Positions 13,538 to 27,687 of a stretch of 64,000 nucleotides of DNA are shown here, one piece after another (positions within the stretch are counted from its first letter, which is position 1; every line of letters starts with the position of its first letter). This DNA comes from the human T2T-CHM13v2.0 reference genome, Homo sapiens. Made by a program: the position numbers and the translations under genes. The notes below the pieces were generated by a model. That model did no database searches and was not told the origin of the DNA. It saw nothing but the letters and a program-made list of their open reading frames with translations. The DNA is taken from assembly GCF_009914755.1 (NCBI RefSeq), contig NC_060928.1; one strand, written 5' to 3'.

Positions 13538-15394
13538 TGGCCAATTGTTTTTTAAATTCACAATCCCACTCGCTCCAATATTTCCACCATCTTTATCCTA
13601 AAACATCCTATACCTGCCCTCCTGTAGCCTTGTTCCTTCATCAGAAAAGCAAAGCTCTGGCAAGCATGTGACTCCTGTTTCTACTGTGAGTCAAGGGTCA
13701 TGACCAATGTCTGTTGATTAAAACCCCATCAAAGGGAATAAGCACAAGTCTTAGTCCTTCTCAAGAGAAAGGGAAAAGCCATCTGGAAAATCCCCAGCAT
13801 CATTATGACAGCTACAAATTGCCAATTATTAATGGCTCCCAGTCTAACAGCCAGACTGCAACAGGGACTCACTTGATTTGTTAGGAAAAAGTGGTAGACG
13901 ACCAGTTCCCCAAATGAAAGAGCAAACACACAGGCAAAAAGACACCCCCACCCCTGGAGCAGTTCAAAGGTTCAGAATCTTGTGGTTATAGAGGAAAACC
14001 TGGAGGCAACTCATTAGTGGTAGGAGGGTGATGCCTCAAGCTGTGGCTCATGACTAAATCATGTAACAAAACACCTTCTTATTGACCTTGAATTATACAA
14101 TGTGTCCAAACAATGTGTCCTGACATTAAATTTGCAATCAATGTAAATACAATTAATATAAGCACTATTCAGACTTATGTGGGAAATAGAAGCAGGATTT
14201 TTGGAGTCTCTTATGTTGCTCATTAAGGCATTTTAAAAATTGCTCACCCACATGCCTGTGAATTTGAAGGTTATTTTATAAACCATTACAAAATCAACTA
14301 TGTATAGTTTCTTACATATGTATAGTTTGGCAACTTAGTTGTCAAGGATGTTTAGCTTAAACCTCTAGCTTTTAGAAGTAAATTTGTATGCTTCCATTAT
14401 TGTTAGCACAGTCATTTAAAAGTCATACTATTCCACATATACAGTATATTGACCCAAGTACTGCAGGAAACGATTAGGACCTGGAAATTTATAATTGTAT
14501 TTGACCTGAACATGAAACTATAACCAGGAAACCAGGAAATTTTCAGTAACAGGCTGGACTAAGCTGAATACTTTCCAAACTATCAATCATGGGTTTGTTG
14601 GACAACCTCACAGGTTAAATGATGCAAGCAATTTTAGTGCAGGCTGGTGTGATGCCCATTGAAATGAAATGTGAACCAATACCTACAGGGAGATGTTCAG
14701 GCCAATCCATGAAGATTTAACCATAAGTCACTCATTAGTGTTAATGGAGCATGACTCTTAAATTCCAAATGACACCTTAGACTTTTACTGCCCATAGAAA
14801 AGGTAGATCAGGGAGCAGCACCTGCTGTGATCTGAGAAAATTGAAGGCAAGTAAAATGTTTTCACCTACTGTTAATGGAGGAGACCAAAAGGCTCAGTTT
14901 CTTTTACCAAACTGTCGATACAGAATATTTTATACAGAAACTTATCTGGCATTCATCATCAAAAATGACCTTCTATAAGGCTCTTCCATCCCCTCTGTAT
15001 AACTAAACTGCCCAAGCAAATACAGAGGGCAGAGATTCTGTCTTACATCTTTGGATATTTCAAAATTTGGCTTAGTGTGTTGGCCATAATAGCTGCTCAG
15101 TAAATAATTCTTGATAAGAATGAAAAGGAAAAGGAGGAGGATGTAAAATATGCTCAACTGTAATCTTGAAGAGGAAGAATAATTATAGGCAATAAACAAG
15201 CCCCAAGTGCAGGCTCAATTGTAAACTGTTTTCCTCTTGCGATTTGAAGAAAGAATGCCCAACACCCCCAGTAAAACCCAGGTCTAAGTTTAGAAAGTGC
15301 CATTTTGTCATTCAAAGTTGGCCATTCTTCAGCCTAGATAGAGTACTTCTTGTGGCTCGTTCAACTTACGTTAGTGTAATACATTTAACCTTAA

Positions 15395-15576
15395 TTGGCA
15401 ACTCAGTTGTCAAGGATGTTTAGCTTAAACTATATAATTCTGCAAAGTCAGGAGTAAGCAAAACAGAAATTAAAGATTGTAAGGAAAAGGGCATTAAACA
15501 GACTTTGTTCATTTGTTTTAATTAGTATAGCTGAATTTTAATTATCACAATTCTTCACCAGATACTAGTAAATGTG
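15395..15576 (+). repeat. Composite local duplication: copy of 14327-14362 joined to copy of 17318-17458
   Basis: 35/36 identity to 14327-14362 and 140/141 identity to 17318-17458, by direct comparison. Confidence 0.92.
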
Positions 15577-16867
15577 TCCCTACAATTGCTCAGCTAACAG
15601 CAAGACACAACAACTAGATTTTTACTTACATGTTCTCTTGGATGGCATCCTAGCGGAGATAAGATAGAGCAAAGACATAATATCTGCAGGCGCACATTAC
15701 TAATGAGGGATGAACTTAGCTAGTGTGTGGGCAATGATACTGATTCCTTGCAGAACCGTTCAGTGCCATTAGCAAGGTTCTAAACCCCAAAAGTGTTTTC
15801 ATAACTTCTTGTCAGAGTTGAGAATTATTCTTGGGAAGGACAGACTTTCCTAAATTAGGTAGTCAGGGATATTAACTTACCTGAGGACTTTTCCACCCAT
15901 AGGCATCTTTCTCCTGTTCCAATAATAACTACATGTCCCAAGCACGAAGGTAAATATTTTATGTACATCACCTATTTACAACAACCTTGAAAGGTAGAAG
16001 TTACCTGCCACATTTCACAGATGAGAAACTCAGACAGGCTAACTAATTTGTCAAGCTCATACAGTTATCCAGTGGCAAATTTAGGAAATGAAACGAACTC
16101 TTGGTCTCCAAATCCCGTATCTTTATCAGGTCTAAGACACGTGTCCTAAAACCTCACCGCACTCTCATGAAGCCTGCCTGAACTTTCTGTCATTTCGCTT
16201 GGAACCATGTACTAAGTTTCTCCTATTCTGGGGATCTGGAGTTGGAGTGGAAATCATATTGGCAGATGGGAATCTGATTTCTCTCAAAAGTTTCCATGCC
16301 TGTGATCTAGCACTTTGCAAAGATATTGTTATTATTATTATTGATATTACATTAAATCACAGGGCAGCACTATACTTTCAAAGTTGGATTAAATCAAAAG
16401 GATCAAGCTAAGGTTTCTATTGGATCAAACTCACTTAAAAGGACCTAGAGCTAGTGTTCTAATGAAATATATGAAACACCAGTTTATAAAACAAAATGAG
16501 CCAAAAGATGTCTATCTTCAATGTGAATGGATTGCTTAAAGGGAGAGTTGAGACCTGCTTTGAAAGAAAAGTCCTATCTATGGAAGACATCTCAACCCAT
16601 GAAATTATTTAGCATTTGCTATTACTGTAGTTTCTAAAACATACTATGTGCTTATTTTTGAAAACTTAGAAATATAGAAAAGATGTAAACAAACAAAAAC
16701 CTCATGACCCCAGTACCCAGAGGCAACCCTGTTAACATTTTGTTATAATTTCTTGCTTCCTATTTTCTATGTAACTTTTATTTAGTTGATTTCATATCAC
16801 AAATATAGCTTTTAATTCCCAAGGAGACTTGGAGAATATAAACCTATAGGAAATCAACTTTAACCTT

Positions 16868-17120
16868 AGCATGCTAAAATAATAAGTATTTTAGCATGCT
16901 TTATACTTATTTAAATATAGTATTTAAAACATTATATATTTATATATATAGTACCTTGTATATATATACACTATATATATAGCATATATATAGTATATAT
17001 ATAGTATTTAAAACATTATATATATACTTATTTAAATATAGTATTTAAAACATTATGTATATAAAATATATTACATATATTACATATATACATACATATA
17101 TAACATATATATATATTTAA
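16868..17120. repeat. Perfect 14-bp hairpin followed by an AT-rich minisatellite / (TA)n tract
   Basis: AGCATGCTAAAATA-ATAAG-TATTTTAGCATGCT; TATAGTATTTAAAACATTAT occurs three times. Confidence 0.9.
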
Positions 17121-18014
17121 AGCATACCATATAAACATACTAAATAAAGGTTGACTTTTAGAATACTTATCAGTTTAAATTCATTGGTTTAAAGGAGCTG
17201 ACCCAAAGGAACCTACATTTATTCAGATATTACTGTTGTAGAAGTCCTTCATGTTTTCTGAGCTGCATAATTTCATAAATTTCCCTAATGACAGGAAAAC
17301 CCCAGTGAGAACTACAGAATTCTGCAAAGTCAGGAGTAAGCAAAACAGAAATTAAAAATTGTAAGGAAAAGGGCATTAAACAGACTTTGTTCATTTGTTT
17401 TAATTAGTATAGCTGAATTTTAATTATCACAATTCTTCACCAGATACTAGTAAATGTGCTGAAATCATTTTGTAAAATTAGAAAAGCTTTAACATTACAA
17501 GGCCTTGTTTAATTTTGTACTATTCTTCATTTGCAAAAAAGAAAAAATGTGATTTAAGTGAGAAGGTAGGGCATTTGGGGCAGATAAGTAAAATAGAAGT
17601 TTTGCGTCATTTAAGTAATTCATTTAACTGTAATGTCCATGAAGGCAGAAATGTGCCTATCCTGTTTGTTGTTTTAGATATTGTATCTAGTATAGTTAAT
17701 AATTGCTGAATGATTGAACGTTAAAATGAAGAAATAATTGTTTCTCATCTCCTCAAAAGTATTATAAAATTCACAATGGCAGATTTTAACTTTTATTTCT
17801 TCTTCACACATAAAACATCAGCAAAAGTTTGAGTAATCAGGAATTAGCCAACAGATACTCCTTAGAAAACACATATTCTGGGGACGAGCAGCTTTCACTA
17901 ACCCTCATTGCAAAGAACAAAACAGTCTAAACATAACCCAGCCAAATTCGTGTGAGCCTAAAAGAAGCAGAACTCTGCTGCTTCTCCCCTCACCTCCACA
18001 GGAAAGTTGGTTTA

Positions 18015-18322
18015 TGTTGGTTTTATTTTGTTTTGTTTTGAGTCAGAGTCTCGCTCTGTCACCCAGGATGGAGCACAGTGGCATGATCTTGGCTCACTGC
18101 AAACTTCATCTCCTGGGTTCAAGTGATTCTCCTGCCTCAGCCTCCCCAGTAGCTGGGATTAAAGGAGTGCGCCACCACTCTCGGTTAATTTTTGTATTTT
18201 TAGTAGAGACAGGGTTTCACCATGTTGGCCAGGCTGGTCTCGAACTCCTGGCCTCAAGTGATCCGCCTGCCTTGGCCTCCCAAAGTGCTGAGATTACAAA
18301 TGTGAGAGCCACCATGCCTTGT
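18015..18322 (-). mobile_element. AluS
   Basis: Full antisense Alu dimer with a (TTTTG)n tail. Confidence 0.95.
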
Positions 18323-21300
18323 TAAAAGACTTTTTTTTTTAATGGCAGAATTGTCCACAGACTGTCAGAAGAATGCCTTGCTATTCTCTGTGGTAATATA
18401 CTCATGAGGTTAACACCAGGGATATAAATGCAACTGGAGTAAAGGTCTGCCTGCACTCCCTCATCCATCACGTGTGTCCTCAGGCTTCTTCTTATATATA
18501 CTTGTGTAGGTATTTCTCTGTCATGGGGATTATTTTACCTAAAGATATGAAAGTTTTGGGGGATGAGGTAAAAAGCTGCCTCATCTAGGAAAGTCTCCTG
18601 ATTCTAGCACTGTGCCATCTGACTACTGATTCCTTTTGTTTCAGCTCTCATTGACGACCATCAGACTAGATCTTGGATTATGCTGCCTGCCTGAGTCCTT
18701 GATTTTTATCACCACTTAAAAGGATTTTATGTTCATTTAATTCAACCCATTGCTTGGCTGAATTTGCTGCTAGATCTGTTCTGATATGGGTAGCTTCAGA
18801 CCCTATCCTCACTCTGATGCCTAACATCTCTCTAACCTACCACTTACAGCCATGGTTGTCCCCTTCCTGCCCATATACCTGCAACCACCTGCCTCCCACA
18901 ACCACAAACATTAGGTCCTGCCCAGAAAAAAAGTCTCTATTTCTGAAAATGAAAATGAAAACTTTTGAATTATTATACAAGTAACACACACATTTTAACA
19001 CAATTTAGACAATACAGAAAACCACAAAATAGGATATAAAGCTTCCTTATACTGAGACTCTGAAGGAACAGCCACTAGTATCATCTTACTGTGCATTCTT
19101 GCAAAATCCTTCCTGTTTCAACATCTTAGGTATGGGAGAAGAATTTTCTTTCATTTGTGTGATCCATCAATATGGATTGAGAGTCACAGGAGGAAGAAAC
19201 CACAGTGTTATAAGCCACAATGTAGTCAATAAATAGATTTTGGCACTAATTGTAGAGTAAATCAATTGCCAAGAACAAAAGTATGAGGGATCTGTAACAA
19301 TTCTGCACCTGTTTGTTTCTCTGGTTCGATGCTTTGACTTCAGTAACATTTTCATTTAGAGTGTTTACAGGAGATATATGAAGAATAGAGAGAGGCATAA
19401 GGATGGCTTGGCATAATGGTTCAAATCGAGTTCTGCTTCCCTCCGATCAATTTTTTTCAACCTACTGGGCTTCCTTCCTAACAATGAAAATTTGATTATT
19501 TCTATAACCTACTTGAATTACAATCCTTGGTTTTTGTAAGTTGAGTGCTCTATGGATTTTAAACTTTACATAAATATGGCTAAGTCTGAAGTCAGATTGG
19601 TCTTTAACAATACAAACAGATTTCAGAGAAGCTCTCTACCCAAGTGCTTACATTGCACAAGCAAGGTTGAATTTTACATATATGTATGAATACCCATAAG
19701 TCTTACAAAGATCAGATACAACCAATAGTTTTATTTCATCTGTGTATATACACCTCTAATCAAACTTAAAATCTCGTAAGACTAGTAATTAACTCTAAAA
19801 AACAGAAAGGGAGACAGTCATTATTAGTAGATACAGATGTTAGTCTTTCTTGCTGGGAATCAAAAAACAGTGTTCAGTCTTTTGTCTATGTATCTAGATG
19901 TCTAAGGATGCATGTGGGGATGTGTTATATACATTTATATGTACTTCGTGTAGCATTCAAGGAAAATAAATATCACCTCCATCTAAAGTCAATGTACATT
20001 AGAAGATTTGGAATATAATCAAATCACCACTCCTGCTTCAAGGAATCACTGCAGGATGTAAAATAAGAGCACAGAGCTGCACCATTTTGCCTTTTTCTTT
20101 CAGGAACTGAATTTGCATTACCCTTCTGCCATATGTTCAGGTAGCTTTCAATGGTACCTCATACAGCTGTGACATTGAATTCCCAAACCTTAATGAATAA
20201 ACTAATTACAGTCTGAAATGAACTCTTGCACACTAGCTATCTCCTGCCATAGATCAAGGAGAGAACTTTATTCCCACAACTATCTACTAATTTGCATTAG
20301 CCATAAAAAGTGCACCAGAGCATCCTTCCCTACTCCAACTGGGCAACCAGAGCTGCATTGGTAGCATACTACACCATTGGTATTAATTCCTCACAGTTCA
20401 GGTTTGCAGCAATAAATTTGCCACTGCCACAACAATCCTCAAGTACAAATGCAGCTAGGAAGCTATTGATTTACTTGAGTTGGGTGGCAGCACTGATATA
20501 ATTGTAAGTTTCACTGCATTAAATTTACAGTTGAGCACTATTATTCATTTGGGACTTGGAGTTCTGTTTATTTGCAAAATGTTTCCAAAGAGGTCAAAAT
20601 AAAAGTTTTCCCATTTGAAGTATTTTTAAGTAGTAAGAGCAACTTTATCAAATACAAATACAGCCAAATCAATGTCAAAAGTTACCAAGAACATAAGATG
20701 CAAATCAGCACTTATTCTCTGAATTCAATGTCTATCCTCTGCTACCAAGGTCCTGCTGAACTTGTTAATTATAACAAGTTGTCTTTCAACCACATAGTGT
20801 TCAGATGAATATAACCTTATGGTGGCTTTATTGCCAAGTTAACTCTTTCTCATCAGCAGCAGGTCACATAATTTTAAGAGACTGACTGGGTTGTTTGGTT
20901 TCATTCTCCCTCAATGTGCTCACAAATTTCCCATCAAAATTGTAGTATTTCAAAGAGTGGAAGCTTGGACAACCTATCATAAAAGTAAAAGTTAGGAGAC
21001 CTAGATAACAGCCGCAGTTTTGTACATATTCACTTTGGGACCCAAACTCAAACAGCTTCTACATCCTTTTCCACAAGGTAGGAGGAAGCTCCATTAAGAC
21101 CATGTACAGGAGTGGAAATGTATGCCTTTAAGACCTACATGCATTTAAGACATTAGGGGAATCATTTTTACTTCCCGTCTTTACCTAGCTCAGACTCCCT
21201 GTTGCTTATTCTATTCACAGTGCCTTCAGATCCTCTTATGGAGAACATTTAATAATTAACATTATCATCATCATTGAAGTGTGAATGTGTAGAATATATT

Positions 21301-21658
21301 TCAGATTTCCTTTTGTGAGCTAAAGTATCTTTTTCCCCACATTATGTCTTACGTCTCACAGAAGCCCAAGGTTGTAAGATAACTCAAGAGATCATAAATT
21401 ACTTGCAGCAGATGAGATTAAATTAAAGCCATCTTGATAAAAAAAAAGATGGCCCTGTAATATCTAGACAGAATATTCTAATAATGGTAGAATATTGAAA
21501 AATAGGATTACTATTGTAGTAACTTTCATTTATGTAGCATGGTGTAATTTGCAAAGTGTTTACCATATATTTGTTTCCTACTCAATGCCTATGTTACATA
21601 ATCCCTCTGCATAATCTAATGTCATGTGATGAAATGAATGGGTGTTTACTTTTCATAA

Positions 21659-21951
<293 letters not shown>

Positions 21952-22379
21952 AAATGCCTTTATATTTTTGATAACATACATCCAGATCTCTTTCTTCCAT
22001 ACTGCCTAAGCAATTTGTTTTTCCTTCCCAGATTTGTAATACCCTGAAGTATACATTCCCAAGCAACCTTACATTTGTTCTCAATTTTTCCCTAATTTTA
22101 CTTTACCTCTAACAAAATAAGATTTACAAGCTAATGTAGTATGACTAAGACAGATGGAACTGGGTTACACATTTGGTTAATTTGCCCAATACCATGCTAG
22201 GCCACATCCTCTTGCAGACCCTAGGAACAGCCGAGGACTTGCACATAGGCACAAAGCTGTTCCCCTCTTTAATACAATATCTAGAAGCCAGCAGAGCTCC
22301 TTTGATGATTTAGGACAATCCTCTCTCTCCTCTCAATAGGAAAAAAGAAGGAAATCAGCAAGGAATAGAAACATACCTG

Positions 22380-22745
22380 GAACTAGTAAGATGATGGTGG
22401 GTGGGAGGGAAGAGATTACCACCCAAGACCTGAATAGGACATGAGGTATCAGAAGCCAGAGAGGACTTTTTGAAAGGGGGCACACCTGAGTCTGAAGCTA
22501 TGCCTTTCAAGAGAGGGAAGCAGCCAACCTGTGTGATCCAGCAGAGTGAGGACAGGACTGCATACTCTTGCCTCCCTTGGATGTCCTATCAGTTTCCTGC
22601 ATTGCCCAAACCCAACCAGAAGCCAGAAGGCAAGGAATCTCTATTCCTGATAGGCAAGCTTCCCCAGTCACTCATCAGGTTGAAGAAAAACCAAGAACCT
22701 GTATGGAGGGCAAACAGGAAGAGAGCCAACAAAGCGGATTAGCCA
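22380..22745. mobile_element. Old ERVL LTR (LTR33-like)
   Basis: TTGCCCAAACCCAACCAGAAGCCAGAAGGCAAGGAA motif. Confidence 0.45.
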
Positions 22746-23008
22746 ACAAAATTTCACCAACAGTAGGTAGCATGTTTTCTCTAATGGCACTAAAAAACAG
22801 ACAAATTCTTTTATACCATTACTCTACATTTAGTATTGGGCCATATTATTTTCCCATGTAAATTATTTTCTTGTTTTGTATGCAATAATTAAGAATTTTA
22901 GAAGCTGGTATATCCTAGAAATAAAATGAATGGATTCTTATAGAATATGTCCTCAAAGTCAACTTTGGAGCATTTGACATAAATTTTGCCTATAACAAAT
23001 TGTACACC

Positions 23009-23379
23009 TGTTTTAGTCGGCTTGACCTGACATAACAAAATACCATAGACTGAGTGGATTAAACAACAGAAATTTATTTCTCACAGTTCTGGAGACTAGA
23101 CATCTAAGATCAAGGTGTCAGCATGGTCAGTTCCGTAGAGGGTTCTCTTCCTGGCTTGAAGATGGCCATCTTCTTGCCGTGTCCTCACATGGCAGAGAGG
23201 GGTTGGGAACAGGACTCTTTGATGTCTTTTCTTATAAAGGCACTAATTCCATTGTGAGGACCCTGCTTCATTCCCTCATCTAAGCCTATCTCCCAAAGGC
23301 CCCATATTCAAATACCATTACCTTGAGAGGTAGAGCTTCAACATATGAATTTGTGGGGGACATAATTCAGTCCATAGTA
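23009..23379 (-). mobile_element. MLT1A0-like solo LTR
   Basis: AACAAAATACCATAGACTG..TTTCTCACAGTTCTGGAG..TCAACATATGAATTTG..CAGTCCATAG; TSD ACACC/ACATC. Confidence 0.85.
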
Positions 23380-23639
23380 ACATCCAAACCATCACAAAGA
23401 AGAGATGAACAACAGTGCTTTTAAAATGGCTCAGTTGTCCAGTCTACCCACAGTCTTTTTCCTATCTGCCACACTGCTATTACAGTTATATTTTTAAAAC
23501 ATATATCTGATCACATCACTTTTCAGTTTAAAAGTCCTTGAAGTCATATCCATATCCCACTCTCTAATTCTCATCATCCACTACTAAGCAGAACACATAT
23601 ACCTTATGTTTAAAAAAAAAAAACAAAAAACATGTCTCA

Positions 23640-23950
23640 GGCTGGGCACACTGGCTTATACCTGTAATCCCAACACTTTGGGAGTCTGAAGCCAATGGAT
23701 CACTTGAGGCCAGGAGTTTGAGACCAGCCTGGCCAATGTGGCAAAACCCCATCTCTACAAAAAATACAAAAACTAGCCAGGCATGAGGGTGCACACCTGT
23801 AATCCCAGCTACTCAGGTGACTGGGGCACAAGAATCGCTTGACCTCAGGAGAGGGAGGTTGCATTGAGCCAAGATTGCACCACTGCATTCCAGCCTGGGC
23901 AACAGAGCAAGACTCTGTCTCAAAACAAACAAACAAACAAACCAAAAACA
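23640..23950 (+). mobile_element. Alu (J / early S) with (AAAC)n tail
   Basis: Full dimer; TSD AAACAAAAAACATGTCTC at 23621-23638 and 23951-23968. Confidence 0.95.
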
Positions 23951-24459
23951 AAACAAAAAACATGTCTCCACCACGCACATTCACAGATACTTGCCTTTTT
24001 TCACATTGTTTCCTTTCTATCCATAATGTCTTTCTCTAATGAACTCCTATTCATCCCTCAAGGCTCACTTCAAATGTTCCCTAATCTCTGATGCTTTCCC
24101 CAAACCTACTAAGGAGAGTTAACAGCTCATAATACAGAAAAGCTATTATTCTATTATAATATAATTAGCTTTTTACATTCCATCTTTTCTACTAGATTAT
24201 GAGCTCCTTTAGGGGTGAAACAAATCCTCATTAATCTTTGACACAATGCTGAGCATAGAGCAAATTAAAGGCTTTGCTAACTTTCTCACTACCATGGATA
24301 GTAAGCTATACCTCTAGATAGAAGAACCTTCTTGAACAATAAAACCTTGGATAGAAAAATTAAAAACAAACAACAACAATAACCAAAAACCTTGGGTAAA
24401 TATAGAAAAAAAAATTACCTAAGATGTGCAAAGTCAACACCAACCAATTAAGCCTGGGT

Positions 24460-24825
24460 TTAGGCAGAATTAGCATAAGAATGTGGGCTCTGAAGCCAGA
24501 CAACTTCGGTTTGAATTTACCAGATAAAATACAGGGCACTCATTTTCATTGAAATTGGAATTTCAGATAAACAATGAAGTTTTTTTTTAGTGTAAGTATG
24601 TCTGAAATATTACAAAGAGAGAGCAAGTATTACATGAGTGTTCTGTTTTTGTGTGTTTTTCCCCAGCATCAAAACCATTCCTAGGTTCAAATCTCGGTTC
24701 TGCAGCTTCCTGATTGTGTGACCTCAGACGAGTTAGTTCATCTCTCTGTACTTAAGTCTCTCATTCTTAAAGTGAGGATAACAAAAGTTCCTACCTCATA
24801 GAATTGTTGTTACGATTAAATAAAT
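24460..24825 (+). mobile_element. MIR interrupted by a MER3/MER33-like DNA element (~24515-24620)
   Basis: GTGGGCTCTGAAGCCAGAC..[CCAGATAAAATACAGG..GAATTTCAGATAAACAATGAA]..GGTTCAAATCTCGGTTCTGC..GTGTGACCTCAG. Confidence 0.6.
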
Positions 24826-27687
24826 TTATACTCATCTTTGTAGCACAATTTCGTGTGTTTCTAAAGTCTCTAAAATGAGTCAAAAATTGGTGATAAATTT
24901 AACCCTAAGCAATGTAGTTGCATAGGGTTAAATTTTTAGTGATAGAAAAGAAAAATAAATGACGAAAAAAGATCATGTTCTAATGTCAGATAATGAGAAT
25001 CTCATTTTTCATAAAAATGAAAAAAGAATTTTTAAGATTAATCACTTCACCCATATGTAAATTTACCAGCTCCATGACAGCAACATATTAGAGTTATTAT
25101 GCAGGACTTCAAACCCGCCCTGATGGGGATTACTAAAAATAATATCACAGGACTGGACCAGGTGTGATATCATACAGATTGTTAGAGCATGCGTATATTT
25201 CAACACTGTCATTATTGTTTTGTCATTGCCTAGCCAGTCAAACATAGTCCAAGTCCCCTTAACTAAAAGCACAGCCAAGTGAAGAGAGAAATGTGTCAAG
25301 TAAGAAATGGCTTCAAAATCTCATATTAATATGCTCTGGTGGGAAATACTGTCTCATGTATCACTATTAAAAACACACGTGCACACACTCACACACATAA
25401 CACACACACACACATAGAGGCACATCTCAAAGCAATAAAGGGCCTGCAGAGAAGGAAGGTGAAATATGCTTGCTAAGCAATCATTATCCAATGTGGGGAA
25501 GCCTGAAAGCAACAAAGGACTAGTCATAGGAAATTTATAAGTTAATATCAGTCACACCTGCAAATTACTACAGTGAGACCCCTAACCAAACTGAGAATAC
25601 CATCTGAATGGATTTGGTAAGATACTTATACATCCCTTGAAGTCATCAAAGTGCTCTGAATCTAAAGTTGTCAGTTATTCCAATTAAGTGCAGTGGAAGT
25701 AATATCCATCACAGTGCAGATGAAGCAAATTTAACCGTACCACTCAAGAGCAGGGTTTTCCTTGGGAGTCTGTAATGCATTTATTCACACATCTTGTGAT
25801 TCAGGATATAAATGGACTCTTTATATTTAATGACCAATTAGGATTTTTTAAAACCCTTATTGCTTAAAAATGAGACTCATATGCCTTAGAAACCCCAAAC
25901 ACAAAACACGCCTACTGGTACCTTCTGGGAGTTTAGCAAAGCATATATTTTGAACTGTTGGCCAAAATAACCCCATCTGAGTGACAATTTACACACATGT
26001 CACACCTTTTCATCTCCCTTGTTTTCTTGGAAAAGGTCAAAGCCATCAAGACGACATGCTCAGCCAGAGTCAGGGAGAGTCATCATTTCACAACCGTGAA
26101 GTGGAACTCACACAGCAAATGAGGCTAATCATTCAGCAAGTACAAGGAAAAGAGATTATGAGATCATAATTTTCTCACCAATTGAGAATCACTGTGCATA
26201 AAAATAGGAATTACTAGGAAAAATTTAGAATACTTACCAAGAAAATAAGAGCACTAAATAAAATGATCTCTCGTCTGGAAAATGACTTTCCAGGCAAAAC
26301 AGAAAGCACTCAGAAATACAAACGATAAGATAGCAAGAAAGTAAATCCTACTGAAAACAATTTAATTCTGTTGCTTTATTCTCAAAATATGATTTATCAC
26401 ACAGAATGCCCTGAGTGACCTTGCAGATGCCACTCACCTGGCATCACGAGAACTCTTCTTGCTGGCAAGTGGGAAATAATTCTGTTTTCCTTTATCTGGC
26501 CACAAACATAAATGACGCATTCTTTAATGTGTTAGTAAAAGTGTTGTAAAGACTGATTAGATTAATTGAGAGAGCCTGATGTGCACTTGCCTTTTAAAAC
26601 CTTATAAAAATCCTGCTTAACTTTTTCTAGATGACCATCTCCCAACAAAAAGATTCTTTGATAATGTAGGAAGGAAAAATTCCTTCTCAGCTTTTATGCA
26701 TTTGGGAAAGCCCACATAAAATTAATTTTTCCACAGAAGAAATATATAATAGACCTTATTATATAGAAATATATATTCTACATATTATGTAGAAATATAT
26801 AATAGACCTTAGGAAAATGATATTTAATCCCAAAATTGCATTTTAAGGAGGATGGAGTCTGTGAAAGAAAAGACTAGGTAGGTAGCCCTTTTGTGAAACC
26901 AAGCACCTTGGTTGGTGTCGGGTATGTAAAGGTTGCTCTGGGGGGAGTTTGGGAGTAGAAGCTTAAGCAAGTTGATGTTTTCTGAATAAAACAATAAGAA
27001 CTTGGCAGTCCTGAGAGCAAGCCTGGAGAGGTGACAGGAATGAAGGAGACCAAGGAGCCAGAAAGACAGAGAGAGGCCAGGATATGACATGAAGTGGCTT
27101 TGACTGGTGAGCCATACCCTGTGATGAGTTGGCCAAAACCCCTGTCAAGGCCAGGAATGTTTAATACATGATTGTAAGTTGAATTCTATGCTGCATGATA
27201 CGGCAGCGTGACTGACTACTTTCCTTTGATTCCTCAATCCTCTATAAAGATTTTGTTTATGGCTGGAAAGATCAAGAAGAAGGGGTCTACCATACTGGGA
27301 AAGAGAAGATAAAGGGCCATCCCTAGATGCAGAGCAGAAAAAAAGGGATCTCCCAGAAGTAACCCTGAGAAGGTAAGTCTCCCAGGATTTGCAGGTATCT
27401 TGCAGTTTCACCTTCCAGCTGAATATTCATTTTGTGCTTTAATTCTCATAGTAATTCTCAGCGTAGTCCCCTAGCACCATACCTTAGAACTGAACATTTA
27501 ATGTCCTGAGCCATAATCTATTCACCAGTTGTTTACTATACACTTTAGAAATGTGTCTGTCATCCAGATCACTGATTTCACACACAGGCAAGACCCAACA
27601 CACCCACACACAAAATCATAAAGATATACTTTGAAGCCAGCTGGTTAGAACCAGGAGTACATTTTTTCTGTAGAAGAAATGTTATAA

